Of a stretch of 64,000 bases of DNA, positions 16,018 through 28,939 are shown in pieces. This DNA comes from Octopus sinensis (Eukaryota). The first letter of the stretch is position 1. Each line of letters opens with the position of its first letter. Where the stretch lies: assembly GCF_006345805.1 (NCBI RefSeq), contig NC_042997.1, positions 80,228,001 through 80,292,000 on the forward strand. The letters run 5' to 3'. Under the pieces are notes generated by a model, which worked only from the letters and a program-made list of their open reading frames with translations, was not told the origin of the DNA and did no database searches. Made by a program: the position numbers and the translations under genes.

Positions 16018-18237
16018 TAGAGCAACTTCGGTTCTTGACCATAATTTGTTCTGTTAGTCTATTCTAAAAACAAATTGTTTGAGATCCGAGTCATTTTTTC
16101 CCATTATAATTAATGTAAAAGAGATTAATTCATTTCCAAGCACCAGATAAATGCTTATTTACATGCTTATACTATATATTTCAGTATAAAAATATTTATT
16201 CAAACTGTAAATAACACACTATTTATTAGAAAGAGAGTGCCCTTTCATAGAAACTTCTGGTAACTGTCTTTCAGGGGTCTCTTCCCTTCTCTGTCTCTTT
16301 GGCACAGGTAAATCTTTCTCTGGGGTTTCTTTTCTTTCAGTAAAAACCTGTCCAATGTTAGCTGTTTTTGCCTGTGTTGTAAAATTTTTCTAAAATGAGA
16401 CATGACATTGTCATTGAAAAAGGTTTGCTACCACTGTATCAGGGTGATATTTTCACAGAAAACTTAGCACATAACCCCATTTATCACAAATTTCTTTGAG
16501 TAAAGAACTTGGGACATCCTTCTTTCCTTCCTCCTCCTCCTCAGAAGACATTTTTTCAGTCAGTCTTTTGCTGTTCATTTTGAAGGCGTACAAGCTCTTT
16601 GGTGGTAAGCTCAGTATGGTGGTCTTCCACCAGCTCTTCAATATCTTCATTGTTGACATCCAAGCCCATAGTTTTTCCCTTAGAGACAATATCATCAACA
16701 ATAGCAATTTCTTCAACAGCAGCAGTATTTGTAACTGTCTCAAACACCTCAAAGTTTTGTTCTGGTACAGTCTGGCCAAAGTTTCCTACATGATGAATTC
16801 ATGGTTCTGTAACTCACTTGGTTCCATGCATAATCAATAAGATTAATACAATTCAGGATATTGAAATGATTTTTCCAAAATTCTCTGATAATTAACTGAG
16901 TGTGATTAGTGACTTAAAAACACTTTCGAAACAAGGCTTTCATATAAAGTTTCTTAAAGTTTGCAATGACCTGTTGGTCCATTGGTTGTGTTAGAGGAGT
17001 TGTGTTATATGGCAGGTATTTGACCTGAATAAAATCAAACTCTTCAACTAAGTCATCCTCCAAACTTGGAGGGTGAGCAGGAGCATTATCTAACACAAGA
17101 AAGCATTTTAGTGGCAATTTTTTTTTGCAGATATTTTTTAAGACTGGGCAAAAACTTCATGAATCCACTCAATAAAAAAAATTGTCTGGTTACCCAAGCC
17201 TTCGTATTAGCCCACCACATAACAGGAAATTTACTCTTCATAACAGTGTTTCTTTTGAAAACCTTTGGATTATTGGAATAGTAAATAAGCAAGGGCTTGA
17301 CCTTGAAATCACCACTTGTGTTGCTGCATACCAAAAGAGTTTATCTTTCATTGACTTGTGCCCTGGCAAAACTTTTTCCTCCTTAGTAATATAGGTCCTA
17401 TTTGGCATGCATTTCCAAAATAATCCTGTTTTATCCCCATTAAACACCTTTTGGGGAGATAACCTCCTTCCTCTATCAAGTCACTAAACTTAATCACAAA
17501 TTTTTCAGCTGCTTCCTTGTTTGAACTCGCTGCCTCTCTATGCCTAATTACACTATGTATTTCACTTCTCTTCTTAAATTTCTCAAACCAGCTTCTACTA
17601 GCATTGGATTCAAAAGTATTACTTTCAGCACTTGTACCAGGGATTTTCTTTACTAGATCATTATAAATTTCTAATGCTTTCTCACAAATAACTGCTTCAT
17701 TGATATTGTCACCTGCTGTTTCTCATTTATAAAAATAAGCAATAACTTTTCCATTCCTTTGAGTATCTTTGGTCTTTGTTAATTAATAACAGTCACTCCT
17801 TTTGCAACATCAGCTGCTTTTGTAATTTCCTTATTTTTTAGAATAGTAGATATTGTCGATTTAGGTACACCGTACTGCTCAATGAGATCTGACACACGAT
17901 CGTCATTTTCGTGTTTTGCGATGATTTCTTTCTTCACTTCAATTGTTTTTCCCTCAACCTTTCTTTTTCCTTTACCAGTATCACTGCTAGCTTTTTTTGG
18001 AGCCATGACTAAGAGCTAATGAAGAGAAGAAAAAGGCACAGTACAATAAAACTGGAAAAGTAAAGCACAACACACAAATTTATACAACATGGTGGTCAAC
18101 TCAGAAATGATTTGGTTTGGCAATGTTGTTCGAGAACCAAAATTTTGTTCGATAACCAAGGCATTTTCATCTCAAATTTTCTGTTCGAAAACCAATTTGT
18201 TCGACATGTGAGACATTTGAGAACTGAGATTGCTTTG
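16018..18237 (-). mobile_element. Tigger/pogo-like DNA transposon, decayed full-length
   Basis: N-terminal HTH MAPKK...IEVKKEIIAKHEN...YGVPKSTISTILKNKE (17779-18006). DDE_1-type segments FNGDKTGLFWKCMP, WWANTKAWVT and LVLDNAPAHP...LPYNTTPLTQPMDQQVI. Degenerate ~22-bp TIRs (tagagcaacttcggttcttgac / caaagcaatctcagttctcaaa) with TA flanks at 16016-17 and 18238-39. Confidence 0.9.
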
Positions 18238-18367
18238 TATTTCTAAATCAGTATGACAAAAAGCTCTTATGCAGAGTACAATTCAAATGGTTTTAAATAA
18301 TATTGAGGAGGAAGAAGAACATAGATAATAAACTTCCTCTGCATCATATAATATTCATAGCAATCAT

Positions 18368-18870
18368 GTCATTCTTTAAATAGTTGCTTGTGCCCTAAAG
18401 GTCCTGCCAATTAAAACAACACTCCTCTTTCAGTATGAAGATGTTTTTGTTATTTTCTTCAACAAATAAATGCAGAGCGCTGGAAGAATTGTTAGCATGG
18501 TGGGCAAATTACTTAGTGGCATTTTGTCCATCTCTACATTCAGAGTTCAAGTTTCAATGATGTCGAATTTCACTTTCAACATCAATGAAACATGTACCAG
18601 CTGAACACTGTGAGCAATGTAAACAATTTACCCAAAATTGCTGGCCTTTTGTCAGAATTTGAAGCTATTATTTTCTCCACCAAATGAAGTCAGTGAGCTG
18701 GGAGAATTAATAGCATGCCAGACAAAACGCTTAGTCCATCTTTATGTTCTGGGTTCATATTCCACAGAGGTCAAATTTGCCTTTCATCCTTTTGGGATCA
18801 ATAAAATAAATACCAGCCAAGCACTGAGGTTGATGTAATCAACTATATCCTTCCCCCTCAAACTGCTAGC
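18368..18870 (+). repeat. Copy 2 of the direct duplication, with a more complete second SINE-C
   Basis: Matches 14581-14968 and continues into the SINE-C body gcctttcatccttttgggatcaataaaa. Confidence 0.75.
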
Positions 18871-19167
18871 CTAGTGGTGAAGTTAAAAAGAATTATTTTC
18901 TCCACCAACTTCTGAAGCACTGACATCCATCAATCTTGACTCCAACCACCACTTCCTTCAATCCTATTATACTCTACAAAAACACAAATCCAATATCTTG
19001 CCTTAACTACTGTCATCAACTATCCTCACTGCATGCTCTATACCAGCTTCAACTAAAAAGTGAAGTCTGCAGCTAATACACAACCTATCTTTTCTACTAC
19101 ATGTGTAACTCAAAGAGATTGTTTTTCAATTATATCTTTTAACTTCATTAATATTTATCTGGTTTAA

Positions 19168-19380
19168 GGTAGTGACCTGGCAGAATCATTAGCATGGTGG
19201 GCAAAATTCTTAGTAACACTTCGTCTGTCTTCACATTCTGAGTTCAAATTATGCCAAGGTCAACTTTGCCTTTCATCCTTTCAGGGTTCTTAAAATAAAT
19301 ATTAGTTGAGCACTGGAGTCAATGTAATTGATTCACTCACTTCTCCAAAATTGCTGGCCTTGTGCCAAAATTTGAAACCA
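19168..19380 (+). mobile_element. SINE family C, near full length
   Basis: gacctggcagaatcattagc...gagttcaaat...gcctttcatcctttcaggg...ttgctggccttgtgccaaaatttgaaacc. Confidence 0.8.
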
Positions 19381-21907
19381 ATATTTATCTGGTTTCTTGA
19401 ATATTCCAGTAACAATTCAGTTTACCTCATTTGTTGCCTTGATATCATCAACTGAAGTGTTTGGCTTTCTATAAAAAAAAAATCCTCAAACCTTCAGTCT
19501 TCTCAATTTTTCTTTTATATGTAACTTATCATAAACAGAAATGTTTGAGTTTCTAAATAACCCATGCCAGTTTATCACTTTTCCTCTTTCTTAGATTGCC
19601 TCCTGGATGTTATATTCCTAAAGACAGCTAATTTCTTTTCATCTTACATCACTACCTAACTCTCACTAGTTACACTATATTCAAATATATTGAAACACCA
19701 TCAGAATATCTAATTTTCCTAGTTGTTGATAGTTTGTACTAAGTCAGCTCTGATTGACCAAACCTATATGCCTACGTAGGGTGAGATTCGTGGGAGATTT
19801 GGTTGGCCAAGCAACCACATTAAGACTTTTGTGTTGGCTCAACTTTCAATGTGTGTTTGTGTGGGTGGTTAGTGAATGTGTATACAGGTTTGTTTGTATT
19901 TTCTCTTGCTTGTGTTTGTATATTTATATGTGGGAATATTGTTGTTTAACTCAAGGCTAATTCTGATTAAACAGATCTATAATCTTTTTCATTTCTTTTT
20001 TCCTTTTTTCAGTCACAAAGATAACTTTATCCAAAGTTCTTCTCTGTTTTTAAGATAATGTGATTTGAGGGATTTGGCAGCTATTTACAACACAACTGAC
20101 CATGAGAAACCTCCCTCATAGGTTCCCTCTCCAAGTGTCTCTGAAGGCATGGAAACCATAAGGAATATTGAACACATCAAAATACCAAAATTAACCTTTG
20201 CTTTCAAAAAGGATAATAGTTAATTCTCCATGGTGTATGGAATGACAAACCACTTTCAATCACTACTGGTGCACTAAGCAGCATCAAGATTCAAATCTTC
20301 AGCCTGATAAAGAAAGCTTCAGACAGAAAAATCTTTACTCTTTGACCTACTTTCTTTTATATTGCTCATTCTTTTATTGATACTGCAACAGGCAGTTCAC
20401 TTCAAAATTTGCTAGAAGTCCTTCCTCTCCACTTCTGAACTTCTTACTAGCCTTACTAAAAGCAAATAGGATTTTCCAGTTAATCAGCTTTATTTACATT
20501 TTACATTTCCTAATGAGAGAGAGAGAGAGAGGCAGTGCTTCCTGGTTCTATAAAAATGGAAATTCTATAAAATCTAATTGCTCATAAAATGAAAGACTAG
20601 ATTAGAGTGAAATATGCCATGAAGCTTGACATGTCACCCAGCTTGATGCCAAATCAGACTGGGTAAATATATTCAGCTTCCATCACCTGCCAGATTAAAT
20701 TCTTTGTATCTATCATAAACTGCATTAACAATAAACTTGCATGTATATCATTAATTAGAAGCATCTAGTTTAGTTTCACTTTAAAAATCAATTTTATCCA
20801 TAAGAGTTAATAAAACAGATGTGTTCAAAACTATTTTTTTTCCCTATGATGATTCTCCAGATACTTGCCTTTTCTTTCGTGCACACACATATGCACAAAC
20901 AAAAGTTTTCATATCCCACCTGCCAACCAATGGAAGTTAGGTCATTACAACAACCCAGCATAAGTGGTTCACATACAAGTCACGCTACCACCTACTTGTC
21001 CAACAGAAGACTAATAAACCAAGCATACATGTTCTGCATGTAAAAGCTGTCAACAAATTCTGTCAGTTTTATCATAATATTTTTCTAATTTCTTCTAGAC
21101 AGATTGAATTGTCATCCACAATTTTAGCAACAATGCTTAACAAGAATATAGATATAAGCCATCACCAGCTCACGATCAGAGTTTCTATGCACATAGTAAC
21201 TACCTTCTAAAATAAAATATATTCAAAAATAGAAACCTATCAAAGCAGAACCAGCTACAATAAGTAAATAAATAAATATATAGTAAAAATAAAATAAATA
21301 AAATAAAATTTTCAAAAAAATTAATACAAAAGCAAATTTGATATCAAATAGCTTTATGTTTAGATTTTTATAACTCTTTTTAATACTATAACATAATAGA
21401 AAAAAAGTTAAATATAACAGTGACTTGGGAGATTTTATTTAAACATAGATTCTACACCATAATATAGCTTTGATATAATACTAAAATTATATCTGACCAG
21501 CACAGAAAATCTAAGTTCAATCAGTGATGATAGTAATGGTAATATTCAAATATAATCAACTTGGATATATTCACCACCACCCAGCCAAATATTTAAGCAT
21601 ACTTCTTTTGCTTTAAATCAATTCATGGGGGAGATAAGTAACTGCTGGCTGTTTTGTAAAAATGCTCAGAACAAATCAATTTTTTGTTACTCAGCTATAT
21701 TATAAGAATGGAAACTATTATTAAATTGATACAAGCAGAAATATGATACACACAGAGTACAATCCAATGGCTGTAGCAATCTTTGATAATGTGATATTGG
21801 ATCTTCTAGAAATAGAAGGTCTAATTCAGTACAGTATGATACCTAGCTCACAGGTATTCATACCAAATCCTCTAAATGGAATTTCTTGTGCCAGATCAGA
21901 GAATGTA

Positions 21908-23197
21908 CGAGGGACGTTCAATAAGTAATGCCTCTGACCCACTTGCAGTTGTTTGATCTAGCTGAAATTTTGCATGTGCAATTATTTATATCTCTATAGA
22001 GTAAGTGGCAAATTACAGCTCTGAATTAATTGTGGTTTCTGATTTACAGGTGTTTGAACCGAGTCAAGTGTGAAATGGAGCCTGTTGAGTGTCGAGCAGT
22101 GATCCGGTTTTTGTATTTGAAAGGACACACACCACGGGAGACTTTTGATGAAATGAAAGTAACTTATGGTGATGATGCCCCATCATATGACCTTGTAAAA
22201 CGCTGGCATCGTGAATTCAAACATGGTCGGAACTCTGTGGAAACAGCTCCCAGATCTGGTCGCCCCTTCTGCCATTGATGAGGCATCTGTCCGTCAAGTT
22301 GAGGATGCCATTTTGGAAGATCGACGCATAATTATTCGCCAAATAGCCCATGAGGTCAAGATTAGTACCGGGTCTGTGGAAACTATCATTCATGACCATT
22401 TGCATATGCAAAAGGTGTCTGCCAGATGGATTCCCAGGTTGCTCACGCCTTTTCCAGAAGCAAGAACGCGTCGAGTGCTCGAGGGTGAATTTGGAGATGT
22501 GCCAAGAAGATGAGTCAAAATTTTTCAAAAGACTGATTACACAGGATGAAACCTGGGTCCATCACTATGATCCAGAGACCAAAGCCCAGTCAATGCAGTG
22601 GAAGCACTGTGACTCACCCCTCCAAAGAAGGCAAGGATGCAGCCCTCCTCTGGCAAGGTCATGCTCACAGTCTTCTGGGACCAGGACGGAGTAGTGATGA
22701 AAGATTTCCTGCCAAAGGGTACCACAATTGCAGGAGCCTATTATGCTTCACTTTTGAGGAAATTAAGAGAAGCTATCAAAATCAAGAGGTGGGGCAAGAT
22801 CAGCAAAGGCATCCTCCTCCTGCATGACAACGCTCCGGTGCACAACTCGCTTGTCGCCAGATCAGAAGCACAGGCGTATGGCTATGAACTCCTCCCCCAT
22901 CCCCCTACTTTCCTGACCTTGCACCCTCTGATTTTCACCTCCTCCCAGTCATGAAGTTGTTTTTGAAAGGAAAGCGTTTCCCAGATGATGCAGCCTTGAT
23001 TTCTGAAGTCACGTTCAGGTTGGAGGACCAAGCTGGGGTCTTCTACAAAAACGGTCTCCAGAGCTGCATCAAACAATGGGAGAAATGCGTAACTCTGGGT
23101 GGTTCCTATGTAGAAAAAGACTAATAACTGTGCCAAGTTTCGTTGCTCTACTGCTATGGGAAGTGGGTCAGGGGCATTACTTATTGAACGCCCCTCG
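21908..23197 (+). mobile_element. Full-length mariner (1290 bp), D,D34D transposase pseudogene at 22075-23124
   Basis: Near-perfect TIRs (cgagggacgttcaataagtaatgcctctgacccactt) and TA duplications at 21906-07 and 23198-99. Motifs WIPRLL, ITQDETWVHHY and LLHDNAPVH...P(Y)xPDLAPSD with 34-residue spacing. About four 1-nt frameshifts. Confidence 0.96.
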
Positions 23198-23359
23198 TAC
23201 ATTGCTGCAGAATGGTTGTCTAATCTTCCATTCTGCTCTACTCTAAGAAACTGGAACTATGCAATAACACTTAATAAACTGAGTTATTTGCAGCATTTTC
23301 ATTTTTTTTTTTCCATCTGAAGTATAGCATCCATTTCAGTAATATATATCTACTGAGGA

Positions 23360-23700
23360 AAGTCAGTGTTCTGGGTTCAGTCCCACTGCACAGCACTTTG
23401 GATAAATGTCTTCTACTATAGCCTCAAGCTGACCAAGACTTGTGAGTGGATTTGGTAGAAGGTAACTTAAAGGAGCCTGTCATAAGTGTTTGTCTTTGTA
23501 TCTGTGTTTGTACCCAACCGCCACTTGACAACTGGTGCTGGTATATTTATGTCCCCATGACTTAGTGGTTCGACAAAAGAGACTGATAGAATAAGTATCA
23601 GACTTTATGAAATAAATACGGGGTTGATTCATTCAACTAAAATGTCTTCAAGGCAGTACCCCAGCATGGCCACAGTTTAATGACAGAAACAAATAAAAGA
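23360..23700 (+). mobile_element. SINE family A
   Basis: Head ggttcagtcccactgc and tail ccagcatggccacagtttaatgacagaaacaaataaaag. Confidence 0.85.
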
Positions 23701-24561
23701 CTAATGATAAAGATATAGTCACTGAGCAAGTGATAGACACATAACTGATCCCCAGCTTGTTACTCAGTTCACACAAACCAATTTTAGAAACCAGTTTTTC
23801 TTCCAATAGGAATTCAAGGAGAAGTTATGATGTTAATTACTCAACATAGCCAAAATGGCTCGAGCTGCTTACAATTGCATTTCAATGAGACCTTTAACGC
23901 TTTCAAGTGAAAGTTAATTATCAGATTTTTTTGCGTAATTTTCTGCTTTTATTATTATTTCAGAATGATGGAAAATATTCACTCAACGAAGGAGGAAATA
24001 CACACACACACACACACACACAGACACATAGATGTGTGTGTGTGCAAGTGTATACAAGAGTAAATGTAATTATGTGTTTGTATATGTTCCCACTTCACTC
24101 TGCCTCACCATCTGCCGTTTTATCTCTGCTTCAATATCATTATCTTTCCTATCTCTTCACAATAATTTAATCTTTTATCATAAATGTATCTCTGTGGTTG
24201 TTTGATGTATTGTACATATCAATCTTTCTGTCCTTCTCCAATCCTACTTCTAATACCCTGTCACCTGTACCTCCTTCTAATGGCTATTTCAGGAATTTAT
24301 AGATACATTTCCATCCAACTTTCAGACTCTTCTCAGTTCATCATGACTTTCTTCAGTTTGCTAATCTCTCCTTATTTTAATATATTTTAGACTCTTATAG
24401 TAAAGCAATATTTTACTTGTGATAATATTTTTATGCAGTACCTACAGTTAAAATTTTGATTAGCTCAGTGAACCTGCTGTCAAAATTTAAGTAGCTCACC
24501 TCTGGTTATAAATCAATATCATAGTCTACTGAATCATCGACTCAAATTACAGAGCAGTATA

Positions 24562-25838
24562 CTGGGTTGGCAAGAAAGTATTTTCGGTTTTTTAGTGTGA
24601 AATAAAAGTAATTTTTTTTTCATACAAAGAATGAACTTTAATCAATTATATATTTTCCATTTTGTTTGATGACTTTTTGCCATCTTTCTGGCAACTTCAT
24701 GATTCCGCGCTCATAGAACTTCTGGCCCTTATCACCAAAAAACTGAGGCAAGTGCGATTTCAGGTTATCACTATTGAAAGTTTTACTATTCAAAGAAGTT
24801 TATAAACTTTAAAATAAATGGTAATCTGATGGTGCAGGGTCAGGACTATAGGGTGGACATGACATCACTTCCCAACAAAGGCCTCCAATAATTTTTCACA
24901 AGTTAGCAAAGACGTGTGGTCTAGCATTGTCATGGTGGAACACAATTCTCTTGCGATTTGCCAATTCTGGTAATTTTTCTTTGATTGCTTCCTCCAGTTT
25001 CATTAGTTGCTGACAGTAAAGATCTGAATTGATCATTTGGTTGCTTGGAAGCAGCTCAAAATACACAACACCTTTGTAATCCCACCAAATTGACAGCATG
25101 ACATATTTTTTTATGCAATTCAGCTTTCAATGTGGTTTGTGCTGGTTCATTATGCTTAGACCATGATTGTTTTCGATTGATATTATTGTAGACAATCCAT
25201 TTTTCATCATCAGTGATGATTCATTTCAGAAAAAAGGTTCATTTCATTGCGTTTGAGATGCATATCACAAATATTGATTCATTGTCTTAAATGAATCTCT
25301 TTCAATTTATGTAGAACTCAAATATTGAGCTTCTTAACAAGTCCAAGTCATTTTAAGTGATTTTCAATTGTTGTGTGTGATACATTTAACCTCTCTGCAA
25401 TCTCTTGCACAGTTATATGACAATCAGATTCAATTATGGCTTTCATTCAGTCATCAACTTCAGTAGGTCGACCGGAACATTGGTCATCTTTGAGTGAAAA
25501 ATCTCCAGAATAGAATTTTAAAAGCTATTTCTGACATGTGTGTTCTGTCAAGCAATCAAAACCATAAACTTCACATACCTCTTTGTGAGCCTCAGCATCT
25601 TTCTTGCCGTTACAGAAATAAAAAAGCAAAATATGGTGAAAATGTTTGTTTTTGCACTCCATGTTAAAATTGACACTGAACTTACAACTGTAAACAAAAT
25701 TACATGCAATTTGCTTCTAAAGTAAGCTAAAAGTAATGACTAACAAATGAGAAAAGGAAAAGATAAAAAGACTGACAAAAGTCATTCAAAAAAATCTATC
25801 TATTTGCGAAAAACGAAATTACTTTCCTGCCAACCCAA
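24562..25838 (-). mobile_element. Decayed full-length mariner (1277 bp), second subfamily
   Basis: TIRs (TA)ctgggttggcaagaaagtattttcgg / cgaaattactttcctgccaacccaa(TA). Transposase remnants MECKNKHFHHILLFYF, ITDDEKWIVYNN and MLSIWWDYKGVVYFELL...VFHHDNARPH. Multiple stops. Confidence 0.92.
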
Positions 25839-26235
25839 TATAATCCTTTATGTCATAAAAAACCCCCAAAAAACAACCTTTATTAATTAGTCAAAAGTGG
25901 AAGGCAGCACCTATGTTCTATACAAATAGAGAGCCTCTAAGTGGTCACATGACCTGCTAAACCAGCCCAAATCTCTCCTAAATCATAACTAATCTACCCC
26001 TATATTTTTTTAAAGGGATAATATAGTCATAGATACACTATGTCTGGAAAACAAAAGGATGAATTATAATATCTTTGATGATAGGACTTTTCAAATCCTG
26101 CATAACATAGAGCTAAACAACAAATTAAAAAAGACTAAAAATAGTTGCATGGATAAGCTGTGCAAAAACGATAAAACAAATTATCGTACAAGTTCAAGAG
26201 ATGTGTGTATATGAGAGAGAGAGAGAGAGAGAGAG

Positions 26236-26397
26236 TAACTGTATACATAGATGTGCAATTGAGTGTCAAATATTGAAATGATTACCAAGAATAAATAAAT
26301 ATAGATAAAGCCAAAAAACAAAAATAGAAAATAAAAATAGAAGTTTTAGCAGTGGGGTACTTAATAAAGTTGAAGGGAATGAGCTGTGTGTGTGTGC

Positions 26398-26476
<79 letters not shown>

Positions 26477-26636
26477 ACTGTATACATAGATGTGCAATTG
26501 AGTGTCAAATATTGAAATGATTACCAAGAATAAATAAATATAGATAAAGCCAAAAAACAAAAATAGAAAATAAAAATAGAAGTTTTAGCAGTGGGGTACT
26601 TAATAAAGTTGAAGGGAATGAGCTGTGTGTGTGTGC

Positions 26637-26700
<64 letters not shown>
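26236..26700. repeat. Tandem duplication of a 164-bp unique unit separated by (GA)n
   Basis: 26236-26399 and 26475-26638 read identically. (GA)n tracts lie before, between and after the units. Confidence 0.93.
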
Positions 26701-26702
<2 letters not shown>

Positions 26703-27437
26703 CAGTCAGAGATCAATAATGAAGTCCACATTCCACTTCTTCACTCTACAAGATGTACGTGTAAAAGAGAATTACTCAGTTAAGTTTGGTGTGGTGTATG
26801 TTTTTGTTGCATCTTATTGTACCACCAGTTTAAGGGAGGATGTCTCAACAACTAGGATGGAGGAAGTTTTCTCTGATTTAATTCTCATTCAGAGTTAATG
26901 CCCTTCTAGATGGGTAACTCTTGGGTTTATTGATCAGGTCAGTGCACACTCAACAAATTTCAGCTTTAGTTCAAACAGTTTTTCAGTCAAATTTAGGCAC
27001 ACTTCAGCACAGATGTGACAGTGTGGTTAAGAAATCCACTTCAGACACACATGGTTTAGAGTTGAACTTATCAGTGTTGGCTGGTGCCTTCTATTATAGC
27101 TGCAGGGTTGACTAAAGACTTGCGAGTAAAATTTGGTAGACAGAAACTGGAAGAAGCTTAGAGTGTATGAGTGTGAGTATTTTTCCTTGTCATTATGTGT
27201 GTACTAACTAGTCATCATAAAAACAATATTGCATGTTATCAATAATCTATGAAAGCATGCCTGGCTACTGAGCTGGTCATTGTTTGAAACGGATGAGAGT
27301 TGGTGACAGGAACAGCATCCAGTCATAGAAAAATGAAATTTACCTCAACAAAATTTCATGTAAACTATGCAAGCATTGAAAAGTGGATGTAAAACTGACT
27401 GATAAAGAGGATGATAAATGTGCATATTTATAAGAGA

Positions 27438-27477
<40 letters not shown>

Positions 27478-27838
27478 GTGTGTGACAGAGAAGAATATAA
27501 ATAATTTATTAAATAGCAAGATTTTAAAATTGTTATCTAATTGAATTAATTCTTATCTTGGTTCTGTCAATATTAGTCCTGCAGATTTAGTTGAGAATTT
27601 GTCAGTCAATATGCACATGTCCAACATATTTTAACTTTTCTAAACAAAAATTTTATTGCTTATCTGTGGGAATGATACATTAAAATAACAAAAATATTTT
27701 AAATGCTGAAAGGAGAGAATACATCAGAACTAATTCTTGGCAGAATTTTGAGAGTGGAGCCAAAAATAAAGGTATAAATCTAAATAATAATGAAGAATAA
27801 TTTATAGAAAATTAAAGGTTCTGTTTTAATTAACTTAC

Positions 27839-27943
27839 CTTTTAATCGGGCCCTGATCAATCCTGTTCTTTCTTCTAACCGAACAATATGTACTTTTGCT
27901 CCTAATTTGGCAACATAATCATCTAATTTCTTCCCTAAGTAAT
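27839..27943 (-). CDS. GALNT1: GALNT1-like internal exon, 105 nt (most 5' exon found)
   Basis: Acceptor ttccttttccag and donor G|gtaagt. Encodes xYLGKKLDDYVAKLGAKVHIVRLEERTGLIRARLK(G), which includes the conserved R.GLIRARL.G motif. In phase with 13116-13218. Confidence 0.95.
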
Positions 27944-28369
27944 CTGGAAAAGGAAAACAAATTAGGTAAATAACTCATACAAGTAAGAATAAGCTCATAA
28001 TTAAGCAACAGTATTTTATTATGTAGGTAGAAGGCTAGAAATTCCTTTTGTGGTGGTAGAAGGCATTTTAATTGATAAAATTGACCCTAGTACTTGACTG
28101 GTAAGTTATTGAACCTAGAAGGTAAAGTGGATCTTGGCAGGATTTGAATTTAGAATACAAAGAACCACATCAAATACTGACAGACATTTTGTTTGACGCT
28201 CTAATGACTCTGTGAATCCTATCACCATCATCAACAATAATGCCACTGCTGTCACTATCATCATCACTATTACTATCATAGAGATCGCTATAATTGTGAT
28301 GTCTTTTGTAAGAATATTTTCTAATATATTCCAAGCATATTTCTTTTCTTTCTGCATCCTTTTGTTTAG

Positions 28370-28457
28370 TTTCAAGAAGGTGATATACAAGAGAGTGACA
28401 GCAAACCAAATAAGCCTTCATATGCCTTGTTTAGGGGACAGCAGCAAGAAGTTCAAG
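28370..28457 (+). other. Candidate antisense exon (88 nt), unverified
   Basis: Long pyrimidine tract ending tttgtttag and consensus donor CAAG|gtaagt. Two of three frames are open. No homology recognised. Confidence 0.25.
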
Positions 28458-28807
28458 GTAAGTGTCTCACCTCTTTGATCTTATTACTGAAGAATAATTC
28501 TCAGGATAACTATGACTTTAATACAAAGCATTGCTATCAGGATCTGAAGATTACAAGGGGTGACAAGCCACAGAAATTAAAATTATTTAATATGGAAGAA
28601 GTATATTGCAAAGTTGCATTGGGAGAGTAAAATGCATTGTTGTAAGGATAATGAATTTTTGCACAAACATGAAAATTTCAATCTGTAGAGAGAGGAAAAG
28701 AAGTACTGAAGTTCATACTTTTCTCAAGGTCAATATGAAGCAGTTTTATACATATATATATAGAGAGATATATATGTATACATACATATATATATATGTA
28801 TACATAC

Positions 28808-28898
<91 letters not shown>

Positions 28899-28903
28899 CA
28901 TAC

Positions 28904-28938
<35 letters not shown>

Positions 28939-28939
28939 T

